Below are positions 37,227 through 49,866 of a stretch of 64,000 nucleotides of DNA, piece by piece. The position numbers were made by a program, and so were the translations under genes. The notes under the pieces are model-generated. The model saw nothing but the letters and a program-made list of their open reading frames with translations. It made no database searches and had not been told where the DNA came from. Positions within the stretch are counted from its first letter, which is position 1. Each line of letters opens with the position of its first letter. This DNA comes from Macrostomum lignano (taxonomy: Eukaryota), in assembly GCA_002269645.1 (NCBI GenBank), contig NIVC01003554.1, forward strand, positions 27,695 through 91,694, written 5' to 3'.

Positions 37227-39605
37227 ATGGCGTCAAGACGAATATATATAACTAAAAATGATTATTTTATCTTTATCACAGCAGGCAGTCCCGCAGTTAT
37301 TATTGCACTGGCCCTGCTGCTGCTCCTTAAGCCGGAGTCAATCGCCTCGGCAGCTGCGTCTAGCTCTCAAAAATCTTCGCCTCTCGACACAAAATGTCGC
37401 AGTCTAGAGTGCCTGAACCTGGCCGCCGAGATTGTCGGCATGATGAACCAGACGGCCGATCCGTGCACTAATTTTTACAACTACGCTTGCGGCAATTTCC
37501 CCCAGCTGGTTCGATACAACCATGCTAAAGCGCACGTGGGCGATTCGTTCGCCACGACACTATTTGAAGATTCTCTGAGCGTCATGGGCGAACAACTAGA
37601 GCGGAACATGTTCGAGATGTTAATCATTGACCGTGAGATCAGCGAACCCGACTCCGACATCAATCAGTTGTACAATTTCACCCGGCTACTGTATCGCAGC
37701 TGTGGCGAATTTATGCAACAAAGTCGAGTTGGCGACGACGACAGGAATCGCGACATATCGGTCGAGTTCTTCCGTGATGTCTACCAGCACTTGATGCTGT
37801 CTATTGATCCCATCCTGCGTCCAGCTGGAAGCTTCGAGTCTGTTCTCGCAGCCCTGACAAAAGCTGGCGGCAGCGGCGTCCTAAATGTGAAGTTAACCTC
37901 CTCGATAGCATTGCAGCTGTTGACCGCGGACGACCAAAGCGCCGAAAATCTAACTAGAGCGTCGATTGAAACGAACGATAGGTACTACAGCTGTCGGCCA
38001 GTATATGCTCCGTTTATTGATTTCTTCTTAGAAAATCAGATTGCACAATCCCTAAGTTTGGCTAATCAGTCAGATCAATTTGGAGATTTGGAGAACATGC
38101 TCACCTGCTCCTCGGTTGATAGCGATGGTCGCTCCGTTGTTGAAGTGAAGTTCGATAATTGTAACTGTACCGTATTGAAAGGCCAGACTGAGTTCACCAT
38201 TGCCGAGTTGGACGCTTTGAGTCGCTGCGTTCAGCCTGAGAACCCTTTCTTATGGAGCCGCTTTTTTAAAAGCTTACTTCACGCGGATATAAGCAACAAT
38301 ACTTTGCTGCAGGTTCGCTCAATCAAGGCAGTAACAGTCATTGTCAACTACTTCAAAGAGTTGCCGCTTTACACAACCATCGGAGAAAAATTCAACGAAC
38401 GCGTTTCATTCCTTGTGTTCGACTGGATGATGAATTTTGCCGACTTCCTGCCTAGAAAGCTGCGAAAATCCTGGCAGTCGATTGGCAAAACGATGAACAG
38501 TTTCAGGCGCTTAACTGACGACGTCGTTGGTGGTTGTTTGCTTCTAGTCAAACAGCAGATGCAGCCCATTGTGGAGCGAATGTACAAGAAAATCTATCAC
38601 CCAGCTGGCTCCTTTGAAGACGTGAAGAATCTGCTGCACCTACTGAAGACAGCTTCCATAGACAGCGTCAAACGCCAGGACTGGATCACTCGGTCTGCTA
38701 AAGAGGCCATTGCCGGCAAGATTCGGCACATGCAGCACAGCATCGGAACCCGGCAAGTCACTGCAGGCAAATTGAAATTGTTCTACAACTCGACTTTGCG
38801 AGCGTTCAACTCTACCGACCTGTCTGATGGCCTGCGTGACAGTTTTGGCAGCCTCTTCACCTTAGCTTTATGCGCCGAGGCTCGCAAAAACTTTGATTTG
38901 ATCGCCAGTAAATCACCGATAAGCATATTTATGGCGATCAATCCGCTAGAGGTGAATGCGTTCAACTTTCAGCAGAAGAATCGCATCATCTTCCCTATGG
39001 CTATCCTTGCACCGAGGGTGTATCACAAGAGCTACCCGGTTTACTTGAAGCTTGGCAGCCTCGGTTATATCATTGGGCACGAAATTGGTCACGGTTTCGA
39101 CGACGAAGGTCACGAGATCAATCGACGCGGCGCCTCTGGCCACTTCTGGGACCGCCAGACGGAGGAGGCCTTCCTAAGTAGGATGGATTGTGTGAGGCGA
39201 GAATTTTCCAACTATACTCTGTACCCGGGCGGACCGTATCTTGACGCCGATTCCAGCCTAGGCAACAACATCGCCGATCTGATTGGCATTCGAGCAGCCT
39301 ACTTTGCTATGCAACTGACCAAGCCTAAGTCGCCGCCACTTGGTGATGGAGGACGTTGGACCGGAAACTGGAAGCAATTACCAGGCCTGAATGTCGACTT
39401 TAGCGAGGAGCAGTTATTTTTTATCCAGGCCGCTCAGTCCTGGTGCTTCAAAGCCGAGCCGGAGAGCATGGCGGAAAAATTCGGCGGCGCTACAACTCAC
39501 GCGCCGCACGCTATTCGAGTTGACGGCATAGCGCGTCATACGCCGGAATTTGCTGAAGCGTTTCAGTGTCCAGCGTCTGACAGGAAAAAGTGCACCTTCT
39601 GGTGA
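37227..39605 (+). CDS. M13 family (neprilysin/ECE-like) type II membrane zinc metallopeptidase-like protein, single exon, 792 aa
   Basis: N-terminal hydrophobic anchor; CRSLEC and DPCTNFYNYACG; VNAFN; HEIGH (39078-39092); GNNIADLIG; THAPHAIRV; C-terminal CTFW. Confidence 0.93.
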   Translation: MASRRIYITKNDYFIFITAGSPAVIIALALLLLLKPESIASAAASSSQKSSPLDTKCRSLECLNLAAEIVGMMNQTADPCTNFYNYACGNFPQLVRYNHAKAHVGDSFATTLFEDSLSVMGEQLERNMFEMLIIDREISEPDSDINQLYNFTRLLYRSCGEFMQQSRVGDDDRNRDISVEFFRDVYQHLMLSIDPILRPAGSFESVLAALTKAGGSGVLNVKLTSSIALQLLTADDQSAENLTRASIETNDRYYSCRPVYAPFIDFFLENQIAQSLSLANQSDQFGDLENMLTCSSVDSDGRSVVEVKFDNCNCTVLKGQTEFTIAELDALSRCVQPENPFLWSRFFKSLLHADISNNTLLQVRSIKAVTVIVNYFKELPLYTTIGEKFNERVSFLVFDWMMNFADFLPRKLRKSWQSIGKTMNSFRRLTDDVVGGCLLLVKQQMQPIVERMYKKIYHPAGSFEDVKNLLHLLKTASIDSVKRQDWITRSAKEAIAGKIRHMQHSIGTRQVTAGKLKLFYNSTLRAFNSTDLSDGLRDSFGSLFTLALCAEARKNFDLIASKSPISIFMAINPLEVNAFNFQQKNRIIFPMAILAPRVYHKSYPVYLKLGSLGYIIGHEIGHGFDDEGHEINRRGASGHFWDRQTEEAFLSRMDCVRREFSNYTLYPGGPYLDADSSLGNNIADLIGIRAAYFAMQLTKPKSPPLGDGGRWTGNWKQLPGLNVDFSEEQLFFIQAAQSWCFKAEPESMAEKFGGATTHAPHAIRVDGIARHTPEFAEAFQCPASDRKKCTFW

Positions 39606-42600
39606 TTTTAAATAACAGCTAGTGAACCAGTTAACCTATGGAAGTTTGAGATTGACAAATCACACTTTGATTGTCAATGCAGTGTACCTGTTCTAACAAT
39701 AATCTATGAATTTCATAATGAAATTGAAATTGTTGCTCACAGATAAAAAACTCCTGCACGTTCTATATTTGCTCATAACTGATAGAGTTTTACCTAGTCA
39801 ATATTTAGGTTCGTATCTGATATATTTATTGATTATTGGACTTTTCGTTTGCAAAAAATTGCATCTGTGTGATTCAGTAAAAAGATAATAATAATTAGTT
39901 TTTTAAAATCATGTGTTGTGATTTAGAGCTACTACTAATTTGCTACACCTTTCTTTGAAATATTAGAAAAAAATTAATTATAACAAAACTCTTTAACCGA
40001 AATAAAATGAGTAGTATAAGTTGAAAATTATCCACCATTTGCTATAGGATTTTTGATTCGCATATTAAAAAATTACAGCTTTTTCTAAATCGGTTTTTAT
40101 AAGATTCCTCGGACAGAATCCATTTGGCCGTATAGTGATTTCGCGTAGAATCGTCAGATAATCTTTTCTCTTGATAAAATCTTTTAGGCCCAGCGCATAT
40201 TTTTACGTGTAAATACCGCGCGGAGGGGATTTATGGGGTAGAAAATTAATTACTCTTAAGTGCTGTGCTGGACATAAATCGCAATAGAACCTGCACTTGT
40301 GATTCGGTACCTCTTTCGGCAATTGCATTTCTATCGTTTTTACCACTCTCAGGCTCCTATATGTCGGTCGACAGTACTCGTATAAGCACAATCCAATCAA
40401 TCACGATTTTATAGCAGGTGCTGATGATTTTTTTGACAGCCGGCGGCCTTGCGTGCTGGGCCTCTTGGTTGAAACGGTGCATTTGGGCCTAATTCTACAG
40501 GAGCTATTATAGGCCCGAATTTTTAACATTACCAAGGCTGACTACTTGCAATTGAAGTCGATGGGTCAAGCAATCTACACTATGTTAACTGTAAACGTTT
40601 TTGATAATATTGTTGAGTGGGTTCAGCATATCGATTTTCTACCCACAGCCCAGTCGAATTGAATCAGCTTTTTCTATCGACATAGAAATAACAGCGCCTG
40701 CACCTATCACAGTTGGGCTTGAGTTTTTAGAACAGCGGGTTATCGATTATCTATCACCAACTCACTCCCCAGCTCCTGCGCTGACTTGTGCGCTCTTATT
40801 GACGCCCTGTGCGCGTGTATTGGGTTACAGGGGCTAGAATTGATCGATTTTCTGGCCGGGGCTCTTCAACCCATTCCACATGTGCTTGGTTTAGAAAATT
40901 ATCGATACTAGTATTTAATTGACGGTGCCTTAATTAACCCTCAAAAGTGTTCCTTTCCATCCCGTTAATGCACATCTTATCATATTAAAAGCTATTGGCA
41001 TTGAATAAATAACCATACTAGCGTAGCCTACCTTCATCCACACTATACCAAACTCACTATACTTAACTTTAACACCGGGACACTTTATAATTATAAATGC
41101 ATTAAATATATAGTTACAGGTATGGGTGTTCGGGAGGGTGGAGCAACCGAGAAATAAACGAGGACTATAATTTATAATTATAAATCCTGGGATCCGAAAA
41201 TCCCGGGATTGACCATTATGATCCCGATCCCGCTTTCAATAATTTAATAATTCATTTTCGAATAGTAGTATCTGGAGCTGAGATGCTTGTCAGGTGAAAA
41301 TCATAACCCAGTTGTCCTGCTTCGATTTAGTAATCTTTGAAGCAAGCAGGGGCTAGTGAGTAGAAGGCTATGGGGCTGCGGGGATGCAAAACTGTATCCC
41401 TGCTGTGAGCTGTTAACAGGTCATAAGAGTATTTAAGGTATAATAATGTTGAACAACTTCAAGCAGTCCCTACCTTCAAAACTACTTGGCCGTTTCGTTG
41501 GGATTAGAACAGTTGGGATCTTGCTATCCGACCACAACCAAAGCTACCAAATTTCCATCTAGGATGGGTGCCCCTGGGAGGGTGCAATGTCTGATCCCCT
41601 TCTACCCTGGCATCAGTACCTCGAGCCATAGCTCTGTAAGCTATCATTCCCCAGATTACATGACAATCAAGAGTGATTTTCCTGAGCTGATTGTGGCATT
41701 ACGCCAGCCCATACATCAATCTCCAATACAAAGCTCATTGTCAGTTTCTTGTTTGCAAAAATAAAGAATCAGGTTAAAAATCACCTTTAAAATCAGGTTA
41801 GATGGCTTCGTAGATGCACTCCCTCGTAGTTGTAGACAAGAATTCCAGAAAGTGTTTGAAAATTTTTGCGACAGTGTTTTACAGGTTAAAGCTTAAAAAC
41901 AGATCGAATAATTTCATCATCGTGTGACTTTAACAACGGAAGTTCCTCCCCACCGACTGAAAAGTGCGCCAAACAGCTGTCAACTGTTTCAGTTGCGATA
42001 ACCAGTGTGTATTTTTCAAAGCAATGCCGACATTTTATTGAAGGCTTCGAAGCTATATCCATTTTCTGAAAAACATTAGCTGGTTTTTGGACTAAAAGTT
42101 GCCAGAAATGATTGATGGATTCTTTCCGGGATGCTAATCTTTTTGGTGCTAAAAGCTTTTTTACTGGCGAATATCACAGGAGGGGCTGGCCAAACTGAAC
42201 TTCGGTCACAATTCAGTTCATTAAGGCTCCAGAGAGAGATTTTATTTGAGAGAAATGACACCAAAGTGTGAGAAATTTCGAAGATTCAGAAGAAGCAGCG
42301 TTTCACAAGCTCATAATTTCTCCATGTCGAAGTCGTGAAGTTTCGAGCTAGCGAACATGACTATATCAAGTATTTTGATGATGGGAAGGTCGCGAGAACG
42401 TGAATTTTTTTAGTCCAAAGCTGAGTGTGTGGAATGTCGAGCTTGTGCAAATGACGCATCGAATGACCCAGACAGATTGAAAAAGACGCAAAGTGTGTTG
42501 GTAAATAATCTTCTGAACTTTCACATTCTTTCTGTTGAAGTCCTGAAATCTATTTTTTTAAACAGAGTCGTATTTCCAGACTCTGTCCAAATAGTTTTAC

Positions 42601-43269
42601 AAAATTAGAATTAGAATTTTGTATTTGCGCTTGAATTAAAACGATTCGCATACCACACATGGTGTGCCTGTTTGTTCAAGAACTCATATTCTATTCTAGA
42701 TCAACACTCTGTGTGTCCTCTATTTGTCCAACCAATCCAAGCACCAACTATAGCTGTCTCTCTACTCTCACCGTTATACGCTTACAGTTCCTCTTGACAA
42801 CGGTTGCTAGCGACTCAACTCTGAAATCTATTTGTCAAAGTAATTGGTACTTGACGCATCTCGACTCGCTAGTGTGCTGTAGAGACTTCTCTCTGTCCTG
42901 TATAGTTTTAGCAGACGAATTTGTCTGACTCCGGCTTTACTTCCGCTCTCTGTTATCATCTGAGTCAACAATTAGCGGGATTAGTTGGAGGAGGTGATTA
43001 ATGTCCACTGCGAGGCGAGAGCTTCCCGTATACAACCCACTTCTAACTGTCACTCATTTGCATAGTCACGTTGGTAAGCCGTTCTGTTCACTATTAATTC
43101 CTAGCTAAAACTGTAATGCATGCAGATAATGTGCTATACAACACGGTGCAATATTGACATCTGTCCAGCATCCTTTGTTGTCATTGATTAGTCGAAAAGC
43201 TGAAGTATCACCCTTAATACCTGTTCATTATAGGAGTCGCATTGAGAACATAACAAGACCCAAAACCCA

Positions 43270-43666
<397 letters not shown>

Positions 43667-44079
43667 ACTTTCTTGCTCTGTTGTCTGGCACGGCTGTCTA
43701 AATTTCAATCAATTTCAAATGAGTTCGAGATTTTCTAAAACTCGAATTGGAATTCTACAGGAATCTGCGCAACCCACCAAAACAGGGACTGGATATTGAT
43801 TAATGCAACTGCATGCGCTGAAATGCGAAAGAAACTTGAAATTTCGAATAGCAAAAAGCTACAAATCAGGTGGAGAAAAATTATGCAACTTTTTTCTTTA
43901 AGTAGGAGAATTCAGGTCCAATAAATTGGTAGGATGATACGAGCTACAGCCAAGCTGATGCACCATGCCATTTTTCGAAGGATTGGATACTTTCTGGGAC
44001 TAATTGGTATGTAGAATTTTACAAAAAAGAAAAATGCTACTATTTTTTTATTTTCGTTTTACTAGAAGGTCTTGCCGCT

Positions 44080-47000
44080 TCTCCGTCCACGTCCTCCTCC
44101 TCATCCGTCTCCGTCTCCCACTCCGGCACCTTCTCCGCCTCCCTCTCCGTCTCCCTCTCCGTCTCCCTCTCCGTCTCCGTCTCCCTCTCCCTCTCCCTCT
44201 CCCTCTCCCTCTCCCTCTCCGTCTCCCTCTCCGTCTCCCTCTCCGTCTCCCTCTCCGTCTCCCTCTCCGTCTCCCTCTCCGTCTCCCTCTCCGTCTCCCT
44301 CTCCGTCTCCCTCTCCCTCTCCCTCTCCCTCTCCCTCTCCGTCTCCCTCTCCGTCTCCCTCTCCCTCTCCCTCTCCCTCTCCGCCTCCATCTCCACCTCC
44401 CTCTCCGTCTCCCTCTCCCTCTCCGTCTCCCTCTCCGTCTCCCTCTCCGTCTCCCTCTCCGTCTCCCTCTCCGTCTCCCTCTCCGTCTCCCTCTCCCTCT
44501 CCCTCTCCGTCTCCCTCTCCGTCTCCCTCTCCCTCTCCCTCTCCCTCTCCGTCTCCGTCTCCCTCTCCGTCTCCCTCTCCGTCTCCCTCTCCGTCTCCCT
44601 CTCCCTCTCCCTCTCCCTCTCCGCCTCCATCTCCACCTCCCTCTCCGTCTCCCTCTCCCTCTCCGTCTCCCTCTCCGTCTCCCTCTCCGTCTCCCTCTCC
44701 GTCTCCCTCTCCGTCTCCGTCTCCGTCTCCCTCTCCCTCTCCCTCTCCGTCTCCGTCTCCCTCTCCCTCTCCCTCTCCCTCTCCCTCTCCGTCTCCCTCT
44801 CCGTCTCCCTCTCCGTCTCCCTCTCCCTCTCCCTCTCCGTCTCCCTCTCCGTCTCCCTCTCCGTCTCCCTCTCCGTCTCCCTCTCCGTCTCCCTCTCCCT
44901 CTCCCTCTCCGTCTCCCTCTCCGTCTCCCTCTCCCTCTCCCTCTCCCTCTCCGTCTCCCTCTCCGTCTCCCTCTCCGTCTCCCTCTCCGTCTCCCTCTCC
45001 CTCTCCCTCTCCGTCTCCCTCTCCGTCTCCCTCTCCCTCTCCCTCTCCCTCTCCGTCTCCGTCTCCCTCTCCGTCTCCCTCTCCGTCTCCCTCTCCGTCT
45101 CCCTCTCCCTCTCCCTCTCCCTCTCCGCCTCCATCTCCACCTCCCTCTCCGTCTCCCTCTCCCTCTCCGTCTCCCTCTCCGTCTCCCTCTCCGTCTCCCT
45201 CTCCGTCTCCCTCTCCGTCTCCGTCTCCCTCTCCCTCTCCTCTCCCTCTCCGTCTCCGTCTCCGTCTCCCTCTCCCTCTCCCTCTCCCTCTCCCTCTCCG
45301 TCTCCCTCTCCGTCTCCCTCTCCGTCTCCCTCTCCCTCTCCCTCTCCGTCTCCCTCTCCGTCTCCCTCTCCGTCTCCCTCTCCCTCTCCGTCTCCCTCTC
45401 CCTCTCCCTCTCCCTCTCCGCCTCCATCTCCACCTCCCTCTCCGTCTCCCTCTCCTCTCCCTCTCCCTCTCCGTCTCCCTCTCCGTCTCCCTCTCCGTCT
45501 CCCTCTCCCTCTCCCTCTCCGTCTCCCTCTCCCTCTCCCTCTCCCTCTCCCTCTCCCTCTCCGTCTCCCTCTCCCTCTCCCTCTCCCTCTCCGTCTCCGT
45601 CTCCCTCTCCCTCTCCCTCTCCCTCTCCGTCTCCGTCTCCCTCTCCGTCTCCCTCTCCGTCTCCCTCTCCGTCTCCCTCTCCCTCTCCGCCTCCATCTCC
45701 ACCTCCCTCTCCGTCTCCGTCTCCCTCTCCCTCTCCCTCTCCGTCTCCGTCTCCCTCTCCGTCTCCCTCTCCGTCTCCCTCTCCCTCTCCCTCTCCCTCT
45801 CCGCCTCCATCTCCACCTCCCTCTCCGTCTCCCTCTCCCTCTCCCTCTCCCTCTCCCTCTCCCTCTCCCTCTCCGTCTCCCTCTCCGTCTCCCTCTCCGT
45901 CTCCCTCTCCCTCTCCCTCTCCCTCTCCCTCTCCCTCTCCGTCTCCCTCTCCCTCTCCCTCTCCCTCTCCCTCTCCGTCTCCCTCTCCCTCTCCCTCTCC
46001 TCTCCGTCTCCGTCTCCCTCTCCATCTCCGTCTCCCTCTCCGTCTCCCTCTCCGTCTCCCTCTCCGTCTCCCTCTCCCTCCCTCTCCCTCTCCGTCTCCC
46101 TCTCCCTCTCCATCTCCACCTCCATCTCCACCTCCCTCTCCGTCTCCCTCTCCGTCTCTCTCTCCGTCTCCATCTCCGTCTCCCTCTCCGTCTCCCTTTC
46201 CGTCTCCCTCTCCGTCTCCCTCTCCGTCTCCATCTCCGTCTCCCTCTCCGTCTCCCTTTCCGTCTCCCTCTCCTTCTCCCTCTCCGTCTCCCTCTCCGTC
46301 TCCATCTCCGCCTCCCTCTCCGTCTCCCTCTCCCTCTCCCTCTCCCTCTCCCTCTCCCTCTCCGTCTCCCTCTCCGTCTCCCTCTCCCTCTCCCTCTCCC
46401 TCTCCCTCTCCCTCTCCGCCTCCATCTCCACCTCCCTCTCCGTCTCCCTCTCCCTCTCCATCTCCACCTCCATCTCCACCTCCCTCTCCATCTCCCTCTC
46501 CACCTCCCTCTCCGTCTCCCTCTCCGTCTCTCTCTCCGTCTCCATCTCCGTCTCCCTCTCCGTCTCCCTTTCCGTCTCCCTCTCCGTCTCCCTCTCCGTC
46601 TCCCTCTCCCTCTCCCTCTCCCTCTCCCTCTCCCTCTCCGCCTCCATCTCCACCTCCCTCTCCGTCTCCCTCTCCCTCTCCCTCTCCGTCTCCCTCTCCG
46701 TCTCCCTCTCCGTCTTCCTCTCCGTCTCCCTCTCCGTCTCCCTCTCCCTCTCCCTCTCCGTCTCCCTCTCCGTCTCCCTCTCCCTCTCCCTCTCCCTCTC
46801 CGTCTCCGTCTCCCTCTCCGTCTCCCTCTCCGTCTCCCTCTCCGTCTCCCTCTCCCTCTCCCTCTCCCTCTCCGCCTCCATCTCCACCTCCCTCTCCGTC
46901 TCCCTCTCCCTCTCCCTCTCCCTCTCCCTCTCCCTCTCCGTCTCCCTCTCCGTCTCCATCTCCGCCTCCCTCTCCGTCTCCCTCTCCCTCTCCCTCTCCC

Positions 47001-47530
47001 TCTCCCTCTCCCTCTCCCTCTCCCTCTCCGTCTCCCTCTCCCTCTCCATCTCCCTCTCCCTCTCCCTCTCCCTCTCCATCTCCGTCTCCCTCTCCGTCTC
47101 CCTCTCCGTCTCCCTCTCCCTCCCCCTCCGTCTCCCTCTCCTCTCCATCTCCACCTCCATCTCCACCTCCCTCTCCGTCTCCCTCTCCGTCTCTCTCTCC
47201 GTCTCCATCTCCGTCTCCCTCTCCGTCTCCCTTTCCGTCTCCCTCTCCGTCTCCCTCTCCGTCTCCCTTTCCGTCTCCCTCTCCTTCTCCCTCTCCGTCT
47301 CCCTCTCCGTCTCCATCTCCGCCTCCCTCTCCGTCTCCCTCTCCGTCCCCTCTCCGTCTCCTTCTTCGCCCCCTTCCGTCGCAATCTCCCTCTCCGTCTC
47401 CATCTCCGCCTCCCTCTCCGTCTCCCTCTCCGTCCCCTCTCCGTCTCCGTCGTCCTCTTAGTCCCGTCTCCATCTTCGTTTTCCTCTCCCATTTCGCCTC
47501 CATCTTCACCTTCTCTCCTTTCCCTCCCTC
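44080..47530. repeat. 3.45-kb CC(C/G/A)TCT hexamer array
   Basis: Almost all pyrimidine on the + strand; recurring CCGCCTCCATCTCCACCTCC variant block. Confidence 0.95.
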
Positions 47531-48394
47531 TCCCCTTTATTAGGGGCAATTCTGAGGTGAGCTTTAAATATTCTGTCCCAAAACAAACATTCAGGTTTTT
47601 CTGATCGACGTTCCCTCTTTGAAGATTTTATAGTCTGACCTCCCCCAAGCCTTCACTGCAGTTGCGCTCAGTGGCTGAGCTACCACTGCTAGGCATTGCG
47701 TTTTGCCTACTAACTACTGTTGGTTGTCATGCCAACCGTCACTTGAATTGCTTTTAATCTAACAATACGTGTAGCCGTATTAGCTAAGGGGAAATTAATA
47801 ATTCTTGCTGAGCAAATGACCGCCAAGGAACGAAGAAAATCAATTTAGATTTTTTTCCAGAGCCTAATAGGTTTGCACCCCGTCGTGCGTTTTAGGGGGG
47901 GAAAAGGCCTTTCTTTCAGGAAGGAAACAAGCCAGGCCAAAATGTGCGCGCATTTCCAAAGGAATTGAAGTGCACTTGGTCTCGCCTAGCAGACATGTGA
48001 AAGATTGCACTGCGGGCAGGCAATGCCGCTTGCTATCGGCCTTGATCTGACATTTTAACTTCTTGGAAAGGAGTGACTATGTGCGTTTGGTACCTGCGGT
48101 ATCGGTCCCTGCTCATTCTCAGCCTGTCTCTCTCCCACCCTCTCCCGTCTCTCTCTCTCTTCGTCTAATCAACCAGTCTCACTTTATCCATATACATGTA
48201 TGTCTCACGTCGCCTTTCTGTCACTTTCTTAGTCTCACCTATCCGTGACCCCGTCTCAATACCAGTCTCACCCCAATTCAGTCTTTGCCTCATTCCGTCC
48301 TACTCATAGTCTCACTCCGTTTTTTCTTCTTAATCTCACGCCCTCCTTCAGTCTCACTCCGTCTTGCTCCAATCTCACCCGTCTCTTTCATGCA

Positions 48395-48600
48395 GTCTCC
48401 CCTGTCTCTCTCGCTCCAATCTCACCCGTCTCTCTCGCTCCAATCTCACCCGTCTCTCTCGCTCCAATCTCACTCGTCTCTCTCGCTCCAATCTCACCCG
48501 TCTCTCTCGCTCCAATCTCACCCGTCTCTGTCCTCCAATCTCACCCGTCTCTGTCCTCCAGTCTCATCCCGTCTCTCTCGCAGTCATTCCGTCTCTCTCC
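48395..48600. repeat. 24-bp minisatellite
   Basis: Unit CTCCAATCTCACCCGTCTCTCTCG. Confidence 0.85.
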
Positions 48601-49866
48601 TAGTCTCACCTAATCGTCAACCCCTCTCAATACTAGTCTTACCCCCCTATTTAGTCTTAGTAACATCCCGTCTTACTCTTATTTTCGCTCCGGGTCTCTC
48701 CTAGTCTCAATGTACAAGCTCTCCTGCCTTCATGCACAATCAGAAAAAATGCAACAGAAGTTATTCGGTTAGGCCCACTTGATTGTCTCACTGTCCGTCA
48801 TCACAGGCTTTCAATAGTAGTAGTGCAAGTTCTTGGCCCTTCAGCATTTTTGTGTAAGGCACAGTGTACAATGTACAGGTTTGTTTTTTTATCTACGGGC
48901 CTAGCTCGTAAGGAAAGAAGCAACGCGCCAACTGCACCAATGGTTAAGACTTCCAGTTATCCTATCTCTCTTTTTCTTCCACATATAGGAACACTGTATT
49001 CGGTTTTAATTAATTTCTTTTGCCTTTCTTGTCTGCTACGCAAAAATCTAAGTAAGGATGAACGCCCATCAAGAAATAATTGCAGGATTGTGAGGTGGCG
49101 TTCGTTAAACATTAAGGATGGTTATGCAGATTGGTAGTTGTAAAGACACTGTGAATTGTACCTGTCGATTGACAAGATACGATAACTATTTGGGATTATG
49201 AACTCAAACGTCTCAGCTCTCCGAGGTCACTCTTAAACTTCAATTGAAATTTCCTCCGTAAGGTGGGGTTTTGAAGTTAAAAAATCACCATTTAAAATGG
49301 AAAGTCATACATTGTATGAGAATTGGGTAGTGTAAAATATTCTGACCCGCCAAAGTGTGCCTATTGTCGATTGACTTTAACCATTTACCGTCAGTCTTTG
49401 GTGAGGATTTTTTTGGTTAGACTCACAGTTCGGGGTTGGTGCAGAGGGTCAGAGGATTACAGCTTACTATATCCACATTTAGTTTGCATAGCTTGGGACC
49501 ATATACGTGCGCTAAGGATCGGGGTAGTGGTTACTACTTACTGCAGAACATGCTGTGCCGTTCAGTGTCCCTCCCAGTAGCGCGCAAGCAATTTACAATT
49601 ACCAAACACTTCACCATGCATGGCAGGCCGGGGGGGGGGGAAGAGATCGTCCCTTCCCAAATGAAGGCACCAATGTGGTAGAAAAATATTCCCCACTATC
49701 CCAGATACAGCCAGTCATGTGAGGCCTAGCAGTCAACTCCCCACCAAACGTTTCCTCTGGCTTGAATATTTATCCCGTTCGAATTTCCCCGCTCGCTGAG
49801 AGTGCAAATGCGGATAGCACTTCCACTGAGTCCTTAGTTTTATCTGCGTCGATCAACTGCCTATCA

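Noticed and set aside
40629-40907. Cluster of DRE-like TATCGAT(A/T) motifs
   Set aside because: Only one perfect site and no adjacent gene start; could be chance in AT-rich DNA.
49762-49866. TTG-initiated N-terminal extension of the GPCR
   Set aside because: Non-ATG start in a eukaryote; ATG 49867 already gives a normal glycosylated N-terminus.
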